A stretch of 64,000 nt of DNA. It comes from an uncultured Actinomycetes bacterium. Lineage in GTDB: Bacteria > Actinomycetota > Thermoleophilia > UBA2241. Below, piece after piece: positions 41,050 to 51,334 of the stretch. The stretch covers positions 32,001-96,000 of the forward strand of contig CAVRZA010000004.1 in the NCBI GenBank assembly GCA_963725665.1. Reading direction: 5' to 3'. The first letter of the stretch is position 1. Each line of letters begins with the position of its first letter. The position numbers and the translations under genes were made by a program. Below the pieces are notes generated by a model. That model searched no databases. It saw only the letters and a program-made list of their open reading frames with translations, and was not told the DNA's origin.

Positions 41050-41837
41050 ACGATGATGGCATGTTCGAACGCGGGGAGGGGCTGGCCGCCAAAGGTCGCC
41101 TCATGCCAGCCATCGAGGCCTTCGAAGAGGCTGGGCGGGCTGCGAGAGACCCGGCGTTCCAGGCGCTGGCGAGGTACGACATCGGTGTGGCCTATTGGCA
41201 TCTGCTCGGCAACGGCGAGGCCGCGCGCCGCGAGTTCTACGCCGTGGCCGACATCTGCGACGAGCACGGCGACCAGTTCCCCAGGCATCTCCGGGTACTG
41301 CACCCCAACGCGCTGGAGAACGCGATGCTGTGCGCCACGTCGTTCGACGAGTTCGAGGCGCTCGCCGGGCGGCTTCGCGCCCAGAACCCCTATTTGCCGA
41401 TCATCACGCGGCTGGTTCCCGAGGTGCAGCAGGACCGCGAAAACGGGGAACGCTGGTCGTCGCGACTGATGACCATCGCGCACAACTACTACGATCCGAG
41501 CCTGGACACCGGCCGGTACGGGGAGGCGGTGTCCACCTATCAGGTCCTGCTCCACAATCGCCGCGACCTGCGCCTGTCGAGGGATCTCTGGCGCACGGCC
41601 GTCAGCGAGTACTGCGCGGTGGCGCTGCGCCTGTTCACCGACTGCGTCAACCAGCGGGGCGGCGACGACGACCGCGATTCGCCCGAGGAGTTCCTGCCGA
41701 TCGCCACCGAGACCTTCCCGCTGGTGGACGAGTACCTGGCCGCCAACCCGGGCGACGAGACCGTGGAGGAGATACGGCGAAGGACGGGTGAGTTCGTCGA
41801 TCGCTTCCGGCAACGGTGGGCGGCGCTCAGCGGCTGA
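41046..41837 (+). CDS. TPR-like all-helical protein
   Basis: ATGA overlap with the NTPase gene; ALARYDIGVAYWHLLGNGEAARREF resembles a TPR. Confidence 0.7.
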   Translation: MNDDGMFERGEGLAAKGRLMPAIEAFEEAGRAARDPAFQALARYDIGVAYWHLLGNGEAARREFYAVADICDEHGDQFPRHLRVLHPNALENAMLCATSFDEFEALAGRLRAQNPYLPIITRLVPEVQQDRENGERWSSRLMTIAHNYYDPSLDTGRYGEAVSTYQVLLHNRRDLRLSRDLWRTAVSEYCAVALRLFTDCVNQRGGDDDRDSPEEFLPIATETFPLVDEYLAANPGDETVEEIRRRTGEFVDRFRQRWAALSG

Positions 41838-42025
41838 CGGCAACAGAAGCGGGGGGCCCGGCCATCATCGTGAGGGGGATTACGAGCGGCACCGTCTCCC
41901 CCCGGACGCACGTGGCTCCCGACGGTGACCGCTCACAGCATTGGACGAAAGGCGCCCTACCGGAAATCGACCAGCGGGGGAGGCGGTTGCCACCGCTCTG
42001 CTCCGCGATTACGGGCGGGATCGCG

Positions 42026-43297
42026 TCACATCGCAGCGGCGTTGCCTTTCCGCGGCCTGCCGAGCGGGGGTCTGGCTCTCGACGGTCGCAGTGACGTGGG
42101 GTGAACGAACTTGCTTCCGTTCGGGCCCGCCTTCACGGCCATGTGGAGCGCGCTGCCGTGCCACAGGTCGCGCCAGCTCAGGAACCAGACCGTCCAGCCG
42201 TTGCCCCAAGTCCCGCCGCGCGGGCTGCCGGTGATCGTCACCGGGTCGCCGGGGACGGAGAGGTTGTAGTAGGTGATGGCGTGCTCCGGTGAGAGGTTCA
42301 CGCAGCCGTGGCTCACGTTGGCGAATCCCTGGGACCCCACCGACCAGAAGGCGTCGTGCAGGTAGGCGCCGCTCCAGGTGAACCTGACCGAGTAGGGCAC
42401 CATGATGTCGTAGCCAGGCCCCTTCATCTCGGCCGGGTTCTGCTTCTCGATCGTCAGGTAGGTGCCGTTGGGCGTGTCGTCCCCGGGCTTTCCCGAGCTC
42501 ATCGGCCAGTTTCCGAGCAGCCGTCTGTTGAGGTAGACGTGCACCCGGTGAGTGTCCGTGTCGGCCACGGCGATGAGCGAGCGTCCGATGACGAAGCTCT
42601 GCCTCAAGGTGTGCCCTCCGTAGACACCGGGCGCACCCTCGACGCCGTTGAGGTGCCCGACGAAGCGGACTCGCGTGTGCTGGGGCCAGTAGTTCCGCGG
42701 CCGAAAGTAGAGGGTGGACGGTCCGTCCCAGTACCAGGCTCCGGTCACCGGCTTCGAGGTCCAGAGCTGGAGCGAGCGCTCCACGGCGCGGCGGTTCGTT
42801 ATGGGGACGCTGAACGTGAGCATCACGGGCATGCCGACGCCGTAGGTCTGGCGGTACCCCTCGAAGATCTGCGTGACGAACGTCTGGCGGGGAGTGAGGG
42901 TGCGGAAGGTGCTTGTCCCTGTGCTCAAGCGCCCTGCCGCGTCGCGAACCGTGACGCTCACCGTGTACCGCGTCCCCACGTCGAGAGGCCAGCGGTTGCG
43001 CCAGGCGGTGGCTGCGGGGTTGAGCGCGCCCGGCACGGGATCTCCCTTGGTCGTCACCGAGACGTGCACGATCGTCCCGTCGCTGACGCTGATCCTGATC
43101 CCCTTCTGGGGTTTCACCTTGGTGGCGCCGTCGGCAGGCGTGATCGACAGCTGGGCGGCGGGCAGGCTCGGCGTCGGCGAAGCCGACGGAGGCTGCCCGC
43201 CGCCCCCGCACGCCGCGGCGACGAGGCCCAGGCACAAGGTCGCCGCGACGGCCGCCATGATGCGCTTGGTCGCTGCCGTGATCACTACGCCGACCAC
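42026..43297 (-). CDS. L,D-transpeptidase lipoprotein (actinobacterial Ldt type)
   Basis: Lipobox AAAC; YLHDAFWSVGSQGFANVSHGCVNLS catalytic motif. Confidence 0.92.
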   Translation of the reverse strand: MVGVVITAATKRIMAAVAATLCLGLVAAACGGGGQPPSASPTPSLPAAQLSITPADGATKVKPQKGIRISVSDGTIVHVSVTTKGDPVPGALNPAATAWRNRWPLDVGTRYTVSVTVRDAAGRLSTGTSTFRTLTPRQTFVTQIFEGYRQTYGVGMPVMLTFSVPITNRRAVERSLQLWTSKPVTGAWYWDGPSTLYFRPRNYWPQHTRVRFVGHLNGVEGAPGVYGGHTLRQSFVIGRSLIAVADTDTHRVHVYLNRRLLGNWPMSSGKPGDDTPNGTYLTIEKQNPAEMKGPGYDIMVPYSVRFTWSGAYLHDAFWSVGSQGFANVSHGCVNLSPEHAITYYNLSVPGDPVTITGSPRGGTWGNGWTVWFLSWRDLWHGSALHMAVKAGPNGSKFVHPTSLRPSRARPPLGRPRKGNAAAM

Positions 43298-43594
43298 TCA
43301 CCCTCCGATGCCACCGGTGCCCCGAGATTCGGGAGCCGTGTGGTGAGCCCTCTTTTCCCCGACAAGGTGGGTAAGAAGCTGCGCGCTCGTCCCGTCGGCG
43401 TGATCCGGCGTCTACATGGCTGATGCGCACGGAGCTCAGCCCGACCACCCGCTCCATCGTGCTAAGGTCTTGAGTCCGGTGACCGCCTGACGGCGTCGCG
43501 GCGGCGACAAGAGCGACGATCGGAGTGGCAGCGTTCAGTGACCGCCTGACGCCACCGCGGCAGCGGCAACAGCGAAGTTCGGAGTGGTCTGGCT

Positions 43595-44394
43595 GTGCGC
43601 AGCCTCGATCGGCAGCAACTGGATCGCGTCTTGGTTCTGGCGCGCGATGTTCTCGGGCCGGATCTCGTCGGTGCCTATCTCTTCGGTTCGGCCGTACTCG
43701 GCGGGCTGCAGGCGCGGAGCGATCTCGACGTGCTCATCGTGTCCAGTCGAGCGACGACACGCGGCGAGAAGAAGCGTCTCGTCGATCGGCTACTCGCCGT
43801 CTCCGGACAAGACACTCCGCAAGGGCGGTGGCGCCACATCGAGCTGACGATCGTCGTCGAGGCGGACATACGGCCCTGGCGCTACCCGCCACGGTTCGAC
43901 TTCCAGTATGGCGACTGGCTGCGCGACGAGTTCGAGAGCGGCAACGTCGAGCCTTGGCCAACGACGACGAACCCGGATCTCGCGTCGCTGATCACGATGG
44001 TGCTGCTCGGGACGCCCCGTTGCTGGGTCCGCCGCCCGCGCAGGTCTTCGACCCCGTCCCGCACGACGATCTCATCAGGGCGATCGTCGGCGATATAGAC
44101 GCGCTGCTCGATGACTTGGACCGGGACACACGCAATGTGATCCTGACGCTGGCTCGAATCTGGAGTACCGTCGCCACCGGCACTATTCGCGCGAAGGACG
44201 CCGCCGCCGGATGGGCGCTCACGCGCCTCCCGCAGGAACATCGTGCGGTGCTCGTTCGTGCTCGCTCCGTCTATCTCGGCCAAGAGGAGGAACACTGGGA
44301 CGACCTGCAGTCGCGGGTTCGGCCGTGCGCCGAGTACGTTGTCGGTGAGATCGAACGGTGTGTCGCTTCCGACTCGGGCTCCTCTGACGGTTGA
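43595..44394 (+). CDS. Aminoglycoside nucleotidyltransferase, AadA/ANT(9)-like (frameshift near 44015)
   Basis: YLFGSAVLGGL, SDLDVL, IELTIVV, PWRYPP, FQYGDWLR, DTRNVILTLARIW, KDAAAGWAL. Confidence 0.85.
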
Positions 44395-44489
44395 TGACCT
44401 GCTCCCGTGCTCGTGAACTGCCACACTGTGCGGGACCCCGCATCGCGGCCACTTGACCCGTCCGTGATGCTGCGCGAGCATGGCCGGTG

Positions 44490-45028
44490 ATGGCCAAGGT
44501 CGGCTGGAAGACGCACTGGCACAGGCACCCCGGTGTGCGCTCGGGCGATCAGTTGACCCTCGGAGAGCGGGCCGCCGACCGCATGCGCGACGTGATGGGG
44601 TCGTGGCCCTTCGTCTTCTGCTTCTTCGGCGTGATGATCGCTTGGGCGGTGGTCAACACCATCGTCCTGCACCGGGTGCTGCATCACAAGGCGTTCGACC
44701 CCTACCCCTACATCCTGCTCAACCTGTTCCTGTCGATGATGGCCGGCGTGCAGGCGGCGGCCCTGCTGATCGCCGCCAAGCGGGCCGACGCCATCGACTC
44801 GGAGATCGCCATCCACACCGAGAAGAACACCGACGAGCTCAAGCAACTCCTCGAGGAGAACACCGCGCTGACCCTGCAGGTGAAGAAGAACACCGACCTT
44901 CTGCAGGAGATCAGCCACGAGCTGGCCCTGCTGGAGGCCGCCGTGGGCGCGCCCGCAACGGGGGCCGGCCGGGGAGAGTCAACCGACCGTCGAACAGCCG
45001 CCACGCGGCGATCAGCCGCCGCCGCTGA
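44490..45028 (+). CDS. DUF1003 membrane protein (3' end uncertain)
   Basis: TLGERAAD, MGSWPF, FDPYPYILLNLFLS. Confidence 0.8.
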
Positions 45029-45099
45029 GCTGCCACCGAGCGGCGAGGAGCCGCCCACTCCTCCAATTGACGTCGCGCCCCTTTCGCCGGCATGTCCAG

Positions 45100-45640
45100 G
45101 AGAGCTGCGGCGGGGTCGCTGCAGATCTTCGTCGGCGGCGACCCCGCCGACGTCGAGCAGATTCGGCCCGTCCTCGAGCACATGGGCGAACCGCGCACGA
45201 TCTACCACGTCGGCGGCCACGGCGCCGGCTACACGGTCAAGCTGCTCCTCAACCTGCTCTGGTTTCGACCAGCTCGTGGCTACGGCCGAGGCGCTCACCG
45301 TCGGTGCGCGAGCGGGCCTCGACCTGTCGGTCCTGCACAGTGTCCTGACCGAGAGCCCGGCCAGCAGCACCCTCCTCGAGCGCGATCTCCTGCCGCTCCT
45401 CAAGGACGGCGTCTACGAGCCGGGCCTCGCGCGCCAGCTTGCCTGTAAGGACCTACGGCTGGCGCTCGAGCTCGCGGACAGCGTCGGGGTGCCGGTCGAG
45501 CTGAGCGCCGTCGTCGAACGGGTCTTCCAGCAGGCCCGCGCCGACTACGGGGACACCGCCGGGGAGATGACCCCCGTGCGTCTTTACGAGGAGCGCGCCG
45601 GGACGAAGCTGCGCGCCGCCCAGAGGGCCACGTCCGTGCC
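45100..45640 (+). pseudogene. 3-hydroxyisobutyrate dehydrogenase-family C-terminal half
   Basis: GSLQIFVGG, GAGYTVKLLLN, ACKDLRLA; no N-terminal Rossmann fold; frameshifted. Confidence 0.65.
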
Positions 45641-46122
45641 GTACATCACCCGTTCGGGGTCGGCACCGCGAGCACTTCGAGGTCGCGCCAGGCTCCCCTC
45701 GCCGTGTTGCCGGCGGCATCGACGGCGATGGCGCGCCACCGGTAGTCGCCCGGCGCCATGGTGCAGAGGATCCTGGCAAGCAGCCGCCGGCCGACGTGCC
45801 TGCTCCCGAGCTGCCTAGTCGCCACGATCTTGCCGTTCTGCGCGATCACGAGGCGGCAACGTCCGGCTGACTGCCCAGCGGCTCCTGCGCCATCGTTGCC
45901 CGCCGAGCGTCTGTGGATCGCCGTATCGTCGCAGCCGCTCGGCCTGTGCGACCGTGTGGGGCACGCACCGTCACGACGGCGAAAGACTGAAGTCCCGCGA
46001 TACGTGGTATACTGACGCGTCTGTTTGCGGTGATCGTCGTCGTAGGCAGCGCTATAGTGAAGAGCGCGCATCGTTGCTACGACCGTCGCCGCGAACACGC
46101 TCAAGAGGTCAAGGAGAAAGAG

Positions 46123-46320
46123 TTGGCGCAAGGCAAAGTAAAGTGGTTCAGTAGCCAGAAGGGCTACGGCTTCATCGAGCAGGAAGAGGGCAAGGATGTG
46201 TTCGTTCACGCGAACGAGCTCGCCCCCGGTGTTGCTACGCTTGAAGAGAACCAGACAGTCGAGTTCGAGGTGACCCAGGGCCAGAAGGGCCCGCAGGCCG
46301 TCGGCGTACGGCCCGTCTGA
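46123..46320 (+). CDS. cspA: Cold-shock protein
   Basis: [27 protein letters not shown]; TTG start after AAGGAG. Confidence 0.93.
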   Translation: MAQGKVKWFSSQKGYGFIEQEEGKDVFVHANELAPGVATLEENQTVEFEVTQGQKGPQAVGVRPV

Positions 46321-46335
46321 GGACACCGCGCTCAT

Positions 46336-46375
46336 GCCCACCGGCGCGGTTCTCCGCGCCGGTGGGCTTTTCTTT
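46336..46375 (+). terminator. Intrinsic terminator after cspA
   Basis: GCCCACCGGCGCGG-TTCT-CCGCGCCGGTGGGC followed by TTTTCTTT. Confidence 0.85.
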
Positions 46376-46432
46376 CGCGCCGGCCGCATCGAGAGGCACG
46401 CGCCCGGCCACGATGAGCAGCAGGAAAGGCCC

Positions 46433-46495
46433 GTGAGCTATCCATCTGTGAGTAATCCGCCTGTGAGCAATCCGCCTGTGAGCAGCCCGTCTGAG
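46433..46495 (+). repeat. 15-bp tandem repeat x4 at the sigma-factor start
   Basis: GTGAGCTATCCATCT / GTGAGTAATCCGCCT / GTGAGCAATCCGCCT / GTGAGCAGCCCGTCT. Confidence 0.8.
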
Positions 46496-47617
46496 GCGCG
46501 CCCGGCTAGCGCCGCGCCCTCGGCGAGCGACGTGCTCGAACCGGCAGCCGAAGAGGTCGCGAACCTGCTCACCCAGGGCCACGAGCAGGGCTACCTGGCG
46601 ATCGCCGACATCCAGGAGCAGCTCAGAGACTTCGACCTGACTCCCGAACAGCTCGAGGCGATCCTCTTCCTCATGCACGACCACGGCGTCGATGTGATCG
46701 ACACCGAGGAGGGCGCCAACGGCGACGGCGAGGAAGCCGCAGCGCCGGCCGAGGAGGCGGTGACCCCGCTCGACGCCTCAGAGCCGGCGACCGCTACCGA
46801 CTCCATCCGTCTCTACCTCAGGGAGATCGGCAAGGTGCAGCTGCTCACGGCCGCCGAGGAGGTCTCGCTGGCCAAGCGCATCGAGCGCAAGGACATGGAT
46901 GCCAAGCGGAGACTGACCGAGGCCAACCTGCGCCTCGTCGTCTCGATCGCCAAGCGCTACGCGGGGACCCCGGTCCCGTTGCTCGACCTGATCCAGGAGG
47001 GCAACCTGGGCCTGATCCGCGCCGTCGAGAAGTTCGATTACCGGCGCGGCTTCAAGTTCTCCACCTACGCCACCTGGTGGATCCGCCAGGGCATCACCCG
47101 CGCCATCGCCGACCAGGCCAGGACGATCCGCGTGCCGGTGCACATGGTGGAGCAGATCAACAAGCTGATCCGCGTGCGCCGCTCTCTGGTGCAGGACATC
47201 GGGCGCGAGCCGACCCCCGAGGAGATCGCCCTCGAGATGGGCACGACCCCCGCCAAGGTGCGCGAGATCATCAAGATCAGCCAGGATCCCGTGTCGCTGG
47301 AGTCGCCGGTGGGTCTGGAGGGCGACGCCCAGCTCGGCGACTTCGTCGAGGACACGGCGGCGATCGAGCCGCTCGAGGCCGTGGGTGAGACGATGCGCAA
47401 GGAAGAGGTCGATTCGGTGCTCTGCGGCCTCACGTATCGGGAGCGCAAGATCATCGAGCTCCGTTTCGGTCTCAAGGACGGGCGCACGCGCACGCTCGAG
47501 GAGGTCGGCGACAGGTTCGGCGTGACGCGTGAGCGCATCCGCCAGATCGAGTTCAAGACGTTCGCGAAGCTGAGGAGCTGCCGCGAGGCGCGGCTCCTGC
47601 GCGAGTCGCTCGACTAG
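46433..47617 (+). CDS. RpoD-like sigma-70 factor
   Basis: [65 protein letters not shown]. Confidence 0.92.
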   Translation: MSYPSVSNPPVSNPPVSSPSEARPASAAPSASDVLEPAAEEVANLLTQGHEQGYLAIADIQEQLRDFDLTPEQLEAILFLMHDHGVDVIDTEEGANGDGEEAAAPAEEAVTPLDASEPATATDSIRLYLREIGKVQLLTAAEEVSLAKRIERKDMDAKRRLTEANLRLVVSIAKRYAGTPVPLLDLIQEGNLGLIRAVEKFDYRRGFKFSTYATWWIRQGITRAIADQARTIRVPVHMVEQINKLIRVRRSLVQDIGREPTPEEIALEMGTTPAKVREIIKISQDPVSLESPVGLEGDAQLGDFVEDTAAIEPLEAVGETMRKEEVDSVLCGLTYRERKIIELRFGLKDGRTRTLEEVGDRFGVTRERIRQIEFKTFAKLRSCREARLLRESLD

Positions 47618-47829
47618 CGCGGCCGCGGTCGCCCGCTCCGCGGAGCCTGCCGGAGCTCCGCGGTCGAAGAGGCCGCCGGCCACATCGGACTTCGTCAAGA
47701 CCGTCGCTTCACGCATCTCACATGAGCTTGACGTGCGCTTGTGGACTTCAACGGGGGTACACAAGCCATAGCAGGGGGTAGAATGCCCGCGATGCTCTTG
47801 CTCCTCCGCGGACCGTCAGGTAGGGGGCC

Positions 47830-49317
47830 ATGGCCACATCGACCACTGTGAAGGCGCGCACCATTGGTGCGGCGCGCACGAGAAGCCTCAAGATCCGCCT
47901 CATCGAGCCGGCGCCGCCGAGCATCAACATCCTGTCTTACGGGTTCTATCCGCGCCTCGGTCTGCCGGTCATCGGCGCGGCGCTCAAGGCCGCCGGCCAC
48001 GACGTGCTCATCTACTGTCCGCAGGCGGCCCCCATCGACCGCGACGACCTAGCCTCGGCCGACCTCGTCGGCATCTCGACGACCACCTCGACGGCGCCGG
48101 CTGCATTCGCGCTGGCCGACGAGCTGCGGGCCGCCGGCATGCCCGTGATCATCGGCGGACCGCACCCCACCTTCGGCCCCTGGGACGCCATGCCGCACGC
48201 CGACTTCGTGGCCCGCGGCGAGGGCGGCGATGAGCTCATGCTGGAGCTCATCGAGGCGCTCGCCGGCGAGCGCGAGCTGGAGAGCATCCGCGGGCTCTCG
48301 TTCTGGCGCGACGGGCAGCCGGTGCACAACGAGCTGCGCGACCCCCCGGCTGATCTCGACTCGATGCCCGTACCCGACCTCTCCCTGATCGTGGGCGCGG
48401 AGCGCATCTACGAGACGCCCATCATGACCAGCCTGGGGTGTCCGTTCGACTGCACCTTCTGCACGGTGACGCTCATGTTCGGGCGCAAGTACCGCTGCCG
48501 CAGTCCGGAGCACGTGGTCGCCGAGCTCGAGGCCAAGCGGCCGAAGAAGGTCTTCTTCTACGACGACAACCTCGCCGCCAACAAGAAACGGCTCAAGACC
48601 CTCCTGCGCATGATGATCGAGCGCGGCGTGACGATGCCCTGGCTGGCCCAGGTGCGCGCCGACGTGGCGCGCGACGAGGAGCTTCTGACCCTCATGCGGC
48701 AGTCGGGCTGCCGGCGTCTGGCGCTGGGGTTCGAGTCGGTCGATCAGGCGACGCTCGACAGCTACGACAAGTCACAGACCGTCGAGGACATCGTGCACGC
48801 CATCGACGCGCTGCACCGCCACGGCATCAAGGTCCACGGCATGTTCGTCGTGGGCGCCGACAACGACACCGTGCAGACCGCGCGCGACACGATCACCTTT
48901 GCCGAGAAGCACGGCATCGACACGCTCATGCTCAACGTCCTGACGCCCGGCCTCGGCACCAAGCAGTTCGAGATGATGGACGCCGGCAACCGCATCTTCG
49001 AGACGCGCTGGCAGTTCTACGACGGCCAGCACGTCATCTATGTGCCGCAGCAGATGACGCCGTCCGAGCTGCAGACCGAGGTCGTCGAAGGCTACCGGCA
49101 CTTCTACTCGCTGCGCCGAGGGCTGGGCCTCCTCGCGCGCCTGCGCTTCGCCGACCTGCTGCCGCACCTCTGGGGCTGGCTGTTCACCCGCCGCTGGCAG
49201 AAGGACCCGGCGAACCAGGCGTACGTCAAGGAACTGGCGGACGGGTCGTGGCAAGAGTCACTAGCTGCCCAGACGTTCTACCGGGCGGCTGGGGCTCGCG
49301 CCCCAGCCGCCCGGTAG
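47830..49317 (+). CDS. B12-binding radical SAM enzyme
   Basis: IIGGPHPT, CPFDCTFC cluster motif, FFYDDNL, LGFES. Confidence 0.9.
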   Translation: MATSTTVKARTIGAARTRSLKIRLIEPAPPSINILSYGFYPRLGLPVIGAALKAAGHDVLIYCPQAAPIDRDDLASADLVGISTTTSTAPAAFALADELRAAGMPVIIGGPHPTFGPWDAMPHADFVARGEGGDELMLELIEALAGERELESIRGLSFWRDGQPVHNELRDPPADLDSMPVPDLSLIVGAERIYETPIMTSLGCPFDCTFCTVTLMFGRKYRCRSPEHVVAELEAKRPKKVFFYDDNLAANKKRLKTLLRMMIERGVTMPWLAQVRADVARDEELLTLMRQSGCRRLALGFESVDQATLDSYDKSQTVEDIVHAIDALHRHGIKVHGMFVVGADNDTVQTARDTITFAEKHGIDTLMLNVLTPGLGTKQFEMMDAGNRIFETRWQFYDGQHVIYVPQQMTPSELQTEVVEGYRHFYSLRRGLGLLARLRFADLLPHLWGWLFTRRWQKDPANQAYVKELADGSWQESLAAQTFYRAAGARAPAAR

Positions 49318-49356
49318 GTGTCCCGCATCGGCAGTCCGCGTCCGCTTCGTGGCGCG

Positions 49357-49443
49357 TCACCGACGAACGACGTGCACCGCTATCCAGGCCACGATGACGA
49401 CGATGGCGAGGACCAGCAGTATCCACAGGATGATCGCAAGCAT
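49357..49443 (-). CDS. 28-aa single-pass membrane peptide
   Basis: MLAIILWILLVLAIVVIVAWIAVHVVRR; GGAGAGG upstream. Confidence 0.45.
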   Translation of the reverse strand: MLAIILWILLVLAIVVIVAWIAVHVVRR

Positions 49444-49487
49444 GGTCGGGACGACGTTCCTCTCCGTCTAGCTTCCTTGCAGTCCGT

Positions 49488-49760
49488 CTAGCTTTCTTGC
49501 AGCCCGCTGCTCGACAGCACGTCCTGGGCCTTGGCAAGGTCCTCTTCCCACACGCGGACGTGGAAGGGACCATGCGCCTCCGCCGTTCCTCCGCTGGACA
49601 GCTGCTCGTCCGAGAGGACGTCCTCCGGCCAGTACTTGACGAACTCGATACCGGCCTGCTGGAGCGCCGCGCAGATCTCCTGGGCGCGGGCGTGGTCTTT
49701 CACGACGACGAGATCGACTTCTACGCTCACTCTGTTGTCGAAGAAGCTGCCTTCGCTCAC
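49488..49760 (-). CDS. Hypothetical protein
   Basis: GGAGG RBS; 90-aa ORF with coding-like composition. Confidence 0.55.
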   Translation of the reverse strand: MSEGSFFDNRVSVEVDLVVVKDHARAQEICAALQQAGIEFVKYWPEDVLSDEQLSSGGTAEAHGPFHVRVWEEDLAKAQDVLSSSGLQES

Positions 49761-49856
49761 GGTTCCTCCCGTCCGGTTCCTGGCCCTTCGGTCTTCTGAG
49801 GCACATGGGGAGATCGCCCTCAGATTCTACCCTTGGATCTGCGTGGGCGGCTGCCC

Positions 49857-50210
49857 TCACCCCTCGACCCGCTCGAGGCGCACGACGTGCCCGTCGCGTG
49901 CGGCCTCGAGCACGCTTGGATCACCGTCGAGCGCACCCACCAGGTTCACGGGGCTCACGGGCTGCTGGCCGAAGAACAGGCACACGGCCTTGCCCGGAGG
50001 CCAGTAGCCCACCGCGCCCGAGGTCACAGTGGCCTGCGGGTCTTCCTCGCCGCACTCCACGGGGACTGAGAAGTACACCTCGGCACCCCACGTCTGCGCC
50101 GGGCTCTCGAGCGGCAGCGCGCGCCAGAGCGCAGCCGTCGTCGCCGAGTCGTTGAGCTCGGCCGTCATCTCGACGCCGGCTTCCTCGATCAGGATGCGCA
50201 TGCGGGCCAT
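49857..50210 (-). CDS. Cyclophilin-like fold protein (DUF369-type)
   Basis: ALPLES, WGAEVYF, VGYWPPGKAVCLFFG, SPVNLVG. Confidence 0.8.
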   Translation of the reverse strand: MARMRILIEEAGVEMTAELNDSATTAALWRALPLESPAQTWGAEVYFSVPVECGEEDPQATVTSGAVGYWPPGKAVCLFFGQQPVSPVNLVGALDGDPSVLEAARDGHVVRLERVEG

Positions 50211-50252
50211 CTTCGAACCTCCTCGCGCGTGGGGGTGGGTCACACCCGATGG

Positions 50253-51209
50253 TCATGGCTTCGTGGCGGTGAGCAGCCGCTGGGCACGGCCGTAGCAGCC
50301 CTGCGTCGACCGGCTCGTGCACGGCGAAGCCGCGCAGCCCGGCGTCCTCGCACCAGCGGCGGTAGTCCTCCTCTGAGTAGACGTCGCCGCCGCTCGTCGC
50401 CACGAGCATGTTGACGGCGAAGAGCGACGAAGACAGGCCCGTGCCGCGCAGGAAGTCGAAGATGGCCAGGGCGCCGCCGGCGCTAAGAGCGCCGGCGGCG
50501 CCCTCCACGACCGCAGCGCACTCCTCCGGCGACATCGAGTGAAAGAGGTTGCCGCAGAAGACCAGGTCGAAGTCCTGCGCGGGGATGCCCTGCGTCGCGT
50601 CGGCCTTGATGGCGGCGATGCCGGCCCGTTCGAGGTCGCCGGCCATGAGCTCGATCACGTCGGGGAAGTCGAGCACCGTCACCTGCCAGCCGTGGTCCTG
50701 GAAGGCGAGTGCTTGTGTGCCTGGCCCGCCGCCGATGTCGAGCACGGTCTTCGTGTGCGGGAACAGCTCCGCGAGGCGGTCGGCCAGCGGCCCGGCGCGC
50801 TGGCGGGCAACCCCACGCATGGCGCCGATGAAGGCGCCGAGTGACTCCGGCGTGCGCTCGAAGCGCGCCGGGCCGCCGTGACGCAGCACCTCGGGCAGCT
50901 GCACCCAGCGGGCGAGTATGTGGTGGAGGTGCAGCAGGCGGTCACCGACGAAGGCGTCGTCGTGAGGATCGAGCGAGCTCGGACGTCGGGGGCCACCACT
51001 ACGCCATCACCCTGCCGTTCGAGATAGCCGGCATCGACGAGCACGCCGACCACGCGCAGCGTGGCGCGCTCGTCGAGAGCGAGCTCCTGGGCCACCTCCG
51101 CCGGTTGCCGTGGTCGGTCGAGGAGCGCCTCGATCAGGCCGACCTCGAGCGCCGCCATGAGGACGACCTGCGGCTGCCACTGCCCGGGGAAGAGATCAGA
51201 TGCTGCCAC
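50253..51209 (-). CDS. SAM-dependent O-methyltransferase (frameshifts near 50975 and 50295)
   Basis: N-terminal dimerisation/HTH segment; VLDIGGGPG, FCGNLFH, SLFAVNML. Confidence 0.82.
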
Positions 51210-51334
51210 CTTGCCTCCTGTCCTACCCGGCTGTGCCTCAGGAGAATCTTGTCGCTCACGTGCACCGTGCGCTGCCGCCTGGCCGGCGCGGCGGGCTCGC
51301 CGCTCGCGCGGCCGTGCGATAGACTGCCGCCGAC

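Noticed and set aside
43300-43440. c-di-AMP riboswitch upstream of the L,D-transpeptidase
   Set aside because: Consensus elements were not convincingly found; an Rfam scan would be needed
44487-45818. 443-aa DUF1003-dehydrogenase fusion
   Set aside because: The middle reads as non-coding sequence and the dehydrogenase begins in a different frame; a chance join
31498-46000. Integrase or transposase for the array
   Set aside because: No tyrosine recombinase, serine recombinase or DDE motifs recognised in any listed ORF
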